A stretch of DNA of 64,000 bases from Trichodelitschia bisporula. Taxonomy: Eukaryota. Made by a program: the position numbers and the translations under genes. Under the pieces are notes generated by a model. That model saw only the letters and a list, made by a program, of their open reading frames with translations, searched no databases and was not told the origin of the DNA. The stretch is from assembly GCA_010356995.1 (NCBI GenBank), contig ML996698.1, positions 183,923-247,922 on the forward strand, in the 5' to 3' direction. Positions 60,928-64,000 of the stretch are shown one piece after another (position 1 is the first letter of the stretch; each line of letters begins with the position of its first letter).

Positions 60928-62686
60928 CTACATACTCCCACCGCCCTCAATAGGACTCACCGGACTCGCACTGGCACTTGCACTCCCCACCGGCTTCCTT
61001 CGCACTGGACTGGCAACAACAGGGCTGACCGGGCCGCTCATACTCGGGCGCACAACCGCATCACCAACGACGACGCGAGGCGCGAGCGGAGTCTGAGAAT
61101 TGCGAGGTGGCAGCGGGGGAGGGATGTTCGCTTCCTTCTCCTTGCCACTGCCCTTCCCGTCAACTAACACAATGCCCTCCTGCTGGCGATCGCCTCCCTG
61201 GTCGACGTTGGAAGAGACCGAGATCATTGCCTTTTCAAGCGGATCTTCATATTCCGCCATATCGGTCGGGGGGGCGATGTCTCGCAAGAAGTCATCAGCG
61301 TGAAGGCCGCAGGCTTCGCGCAGTCCAGTCCCCTGCCCGTCCTTGTCGTCCCAGGCCGTAATCCCCTGTGTTAACAACCCTGCAACCAGCGCCGACATTT
61401 TCACATCTGCCATTTGGTCTGGTCCACGCACCATTGCGGGCGCGAAGCACGTCGCTAAGTTGACGGGAGTCATTTTGTTGTCAGCAGAATGACGCGCGAC
61501 GGCGTGAAGGAGAGGGAGAAGGTGGCGGACGAGTATGGTGCGGCTGATTACAGGTAGCGGAGACCATGTTGAAGCCGGGTTAAAGAGATCTGCCAGCGCC
61601 TGAACGGATGGCGGGTTCGGTAGGCCGCTTACTAAGCGCTGCAGGTCGCTGTATGAGCCCGGAGGCACGATTGGCGTCCGTAGGTCTGCGTACCAAGCCT
61701 TGATCAGTCCAGCGGCGATGTGAACCCCGTAGGCCGATGTTTGATCCGTCTGGCGGATCGTAGCTTCCAGATCTACAGCACCGGGGTACGGGGGGAGGGG
61801 CAAGGCCACGTCGCGTTCCTTCCAAATGATGAACTTTTGGCCCCGGTCGTAGGCCTCGCGAAGTATGTCCTTGAGGCGCATGTGAGCGGGAATACGGAAG
61901 AGGCCTTCTGTATGCAGGTTGTCGGCGAGCATGAGAAAGGAGGTTGTTTCGCGGAGGACGCGGGGGAGACGGCGCCCAGATCTGCCGGTGGGAAATGGCT
62001 GGCGGGTTTGGAAGGCGCGAGGGCCTGAGGCATAAGGAGAGAAGATGGTAGGGGTCCAGCGGCGGTCTTGGAGGTAGGCGGAGGGAGGAATGAGGAGGTT
62101 CTCGATGGGAATGTGGAGAGCGAGGGCTGAGAGGGAGGATGCTAGCTACCGTATTAGCATGCGATCACTCTTTCATACCGATACAAGGCCTACCGTGCAC
62201 AATCTTCCGCCGAAATTTGGGGCTCACAACTGTCGAGAACATCTCCGCCAGTACGCGCACCCACGTGCGTTCATGGACAATATACAGCTTCTGTATGCGC
62301 TTGCGCATCGCCCGCGACAGAACATGGTATGCCTGAATAAACCAACCCCAGCCTGGGCGGCTCTTCTTTGTTGAAGTGGCACCCTCAGCAGCCCCGCCAG
62401 CGAAGAAGATGATCTCATATGCTGTCCCGCCAACTAAATCATCCTCGTCCGGCAGACGCGCAAGCACATACGGTAGCAGCGAGTCGTAGTCGACTTCGGA
62501 GGTATCGGGTAGCGCGGCCGAGTCGAGGATGTAGACTTGGTGTCCGCTAGGCGACGGCAGCGGCGAACGGTACAGGATGCTCTCGGCCGCTTTCGCCATG
62601 TCGGTCGAGTAGTCGGACGAGTGGGCCGGTGGAGGCACCGCGCTTATGTTTGAAGCTTGAGCGCGGTGGAGGAGGTGTGCACGCAT
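60928..62686 (-). CDS. ECM25: BCH/CRAL-TRIO plus RhoGAP protein (Ecm25-like), 2 coding exons
   Basis: DYDSLLPYVLARLP, RAMRKRIQKLYIVHE and SPKFRRKIVH (BCH domain). Intron 62193-62142. EGLFRIP arginine finger and NKMTPVNLATCFAP (RhoGAP). Confidence 0.88.
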
Positions 62687-64000
62687 GCCGGGTCTACGGA
62701 GGTTAGCTTTGCGGGAGGCTGAAGCGAACATCGAGTGCAAACAAAGAACGGGATGATGAGCGCTAACGTCAAAAGAGATTGATGGGGAAACAGTAAGAAA
62801 GAGAGTAAGAGAAAAGAGATGCTGACATACTTTGGAAGAATACTTGGTTAGGTGTTACACGGGGCGTGGCACGGTGTTGCTGGCAGACTGAGAGGCGCGG
62901 AGTGGGGAGAGTTGAGCTGGCCGCGCTTCGTGATGCGGCCCGTGCGTCAGGTAAAGACACCGGCCGGGATTATGTCAGGCCGGGGGCGGGGCGCAAGGCT
63001 TAAACCCAATTCTAACTGCAGCTGCATAAATACCGTGCATTGAGCATTGTTGCAAGTATGGATGGTGAGTGAGCAGGTCCATTTAAAGCTATGTGCATCG
63101 GGTCCTCCAACACCCTAAAGCTCGAGAACGGTGCAAGGCTGACAAGGTTTGGCATCCAAATCAGGTCCTGAGTTGAAGTATCCAAGGCTTGCAACGCGCC
63201 CCAAATCCATCGTCACCTGCTCCGTTTCCTCCACAATCCATCCCATCCCACCTTTCCTGACGTCAGCTTCTGTAGCTAGATGTAAATATAAGCTGTAGTA
63301 TCATGCTAACTTTCCATAGCCGGCATCGATCTTGAGGTATCAGGATGTACATTTCTCACTGATCAACTGAAGCAAGCCAGGATCGCCCATGGGAACCCCT
63401 TGGGCATTATCATCCGCAATTAGGTGGAACAATGGGACACCATCGAGGATCCTTCCAAGATTTGCACGCAAACTCCAGCGCCATGAAGCCGGCACTCTTC
63501 AGCCTTCTCAAGTCCAACGCTTTTAGTATCATTGTGCAGCGCGTCATAGCCACAAGCAATCCAACCCCGTCAAGCCACATTTGAAGTCAAAACATCACAG
63601 CGTGCTTTTTGTTTGAGACGAGGTTTCGAACTCATCCTTCTTATTGGCTGCAGGCTTTATCCCTAGACCGTGCCCTGGCCGCCAGCTCAAATTGGGATGC
63701 GGTTGATATCGTTGATATCGGGGAACAAGCAACGACAGCTGCATGGAACTGCAGGAACAAATAAGACATGAGGTGTGCTCCGTTCAAGCGCCCGTCGTCA
63801 GGTCTTGGGAAAGAAATAACGGTGCTCTCGCTTTGCAGAGCGAATCAAGTTTATCCTTTAACCCCAGCCCACCAGCCCCGCCTCCCCTGTAGCTTGGCGA
63901 GGGGTTAGGAGGAGGTCCGTAGTGGCGCTGGCGGTGGCACAGGTCTCCTTCACTCTCTCTCGTCCCCATCCCTCATGACAAACACCTCCGCCGCACTCCT

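Noticed and set aside
63784..64000. Possible 3' end of a minus-strand gene at the window edge
   Set aside because: Too short, with no recognisable motif or clear frame.

Overview
Eukaryotic DNA from a filamentous ascomycete (Pezizomycotina; species not identifiable from sequence alone). Evidence: short 44-96 nt GT-AG introns with CTAAC/CTGAC branch points and fungal gene families. The ORF track fragments most genes, so I rebuilt exon structures by hand. About 21 protein-coding genes are supported. The left ~42 kb is gene-sparse and accessory-like: secreted copper-monooxygenase-like protein, F-box/LRR, hemerythrin, OPT transporter, HsbA, frameshifted alcohol acetyltransferase, GNAT, a 10-exon B-box/GTPase/RING/patatin protein, a CaaX-tailed RPxT-repeat protein, a micro-exon gene and an Asn-rich secreted protein. 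The right ~21 kb is dense and mostly housekeeping (SCP-x thiolase, GPI protein, 4TM protein, SERF, cupredoxin, SMN, NOP15, ACO2, ECM25-like RhoGAP), with one HET-domain gene among them. Most unusual observations: (1) an SMN gene whose YG-box exon and preceding intron are tandemly duplicated; (2) a GTPase-RING-patatin fusion whose patatin domain lacks the oxyanion loop and catalytic Asp; (3) a secreted protein with PHM-like copper ligands split by introns; (4) a start codon split by an intron followed by a 7-nt micro-exon. No rRNA, tRNA, CRISPR array, intact transposon or secondary-metabolite backbone gene was seen. All family assignments come from motif recognition, not database searches.
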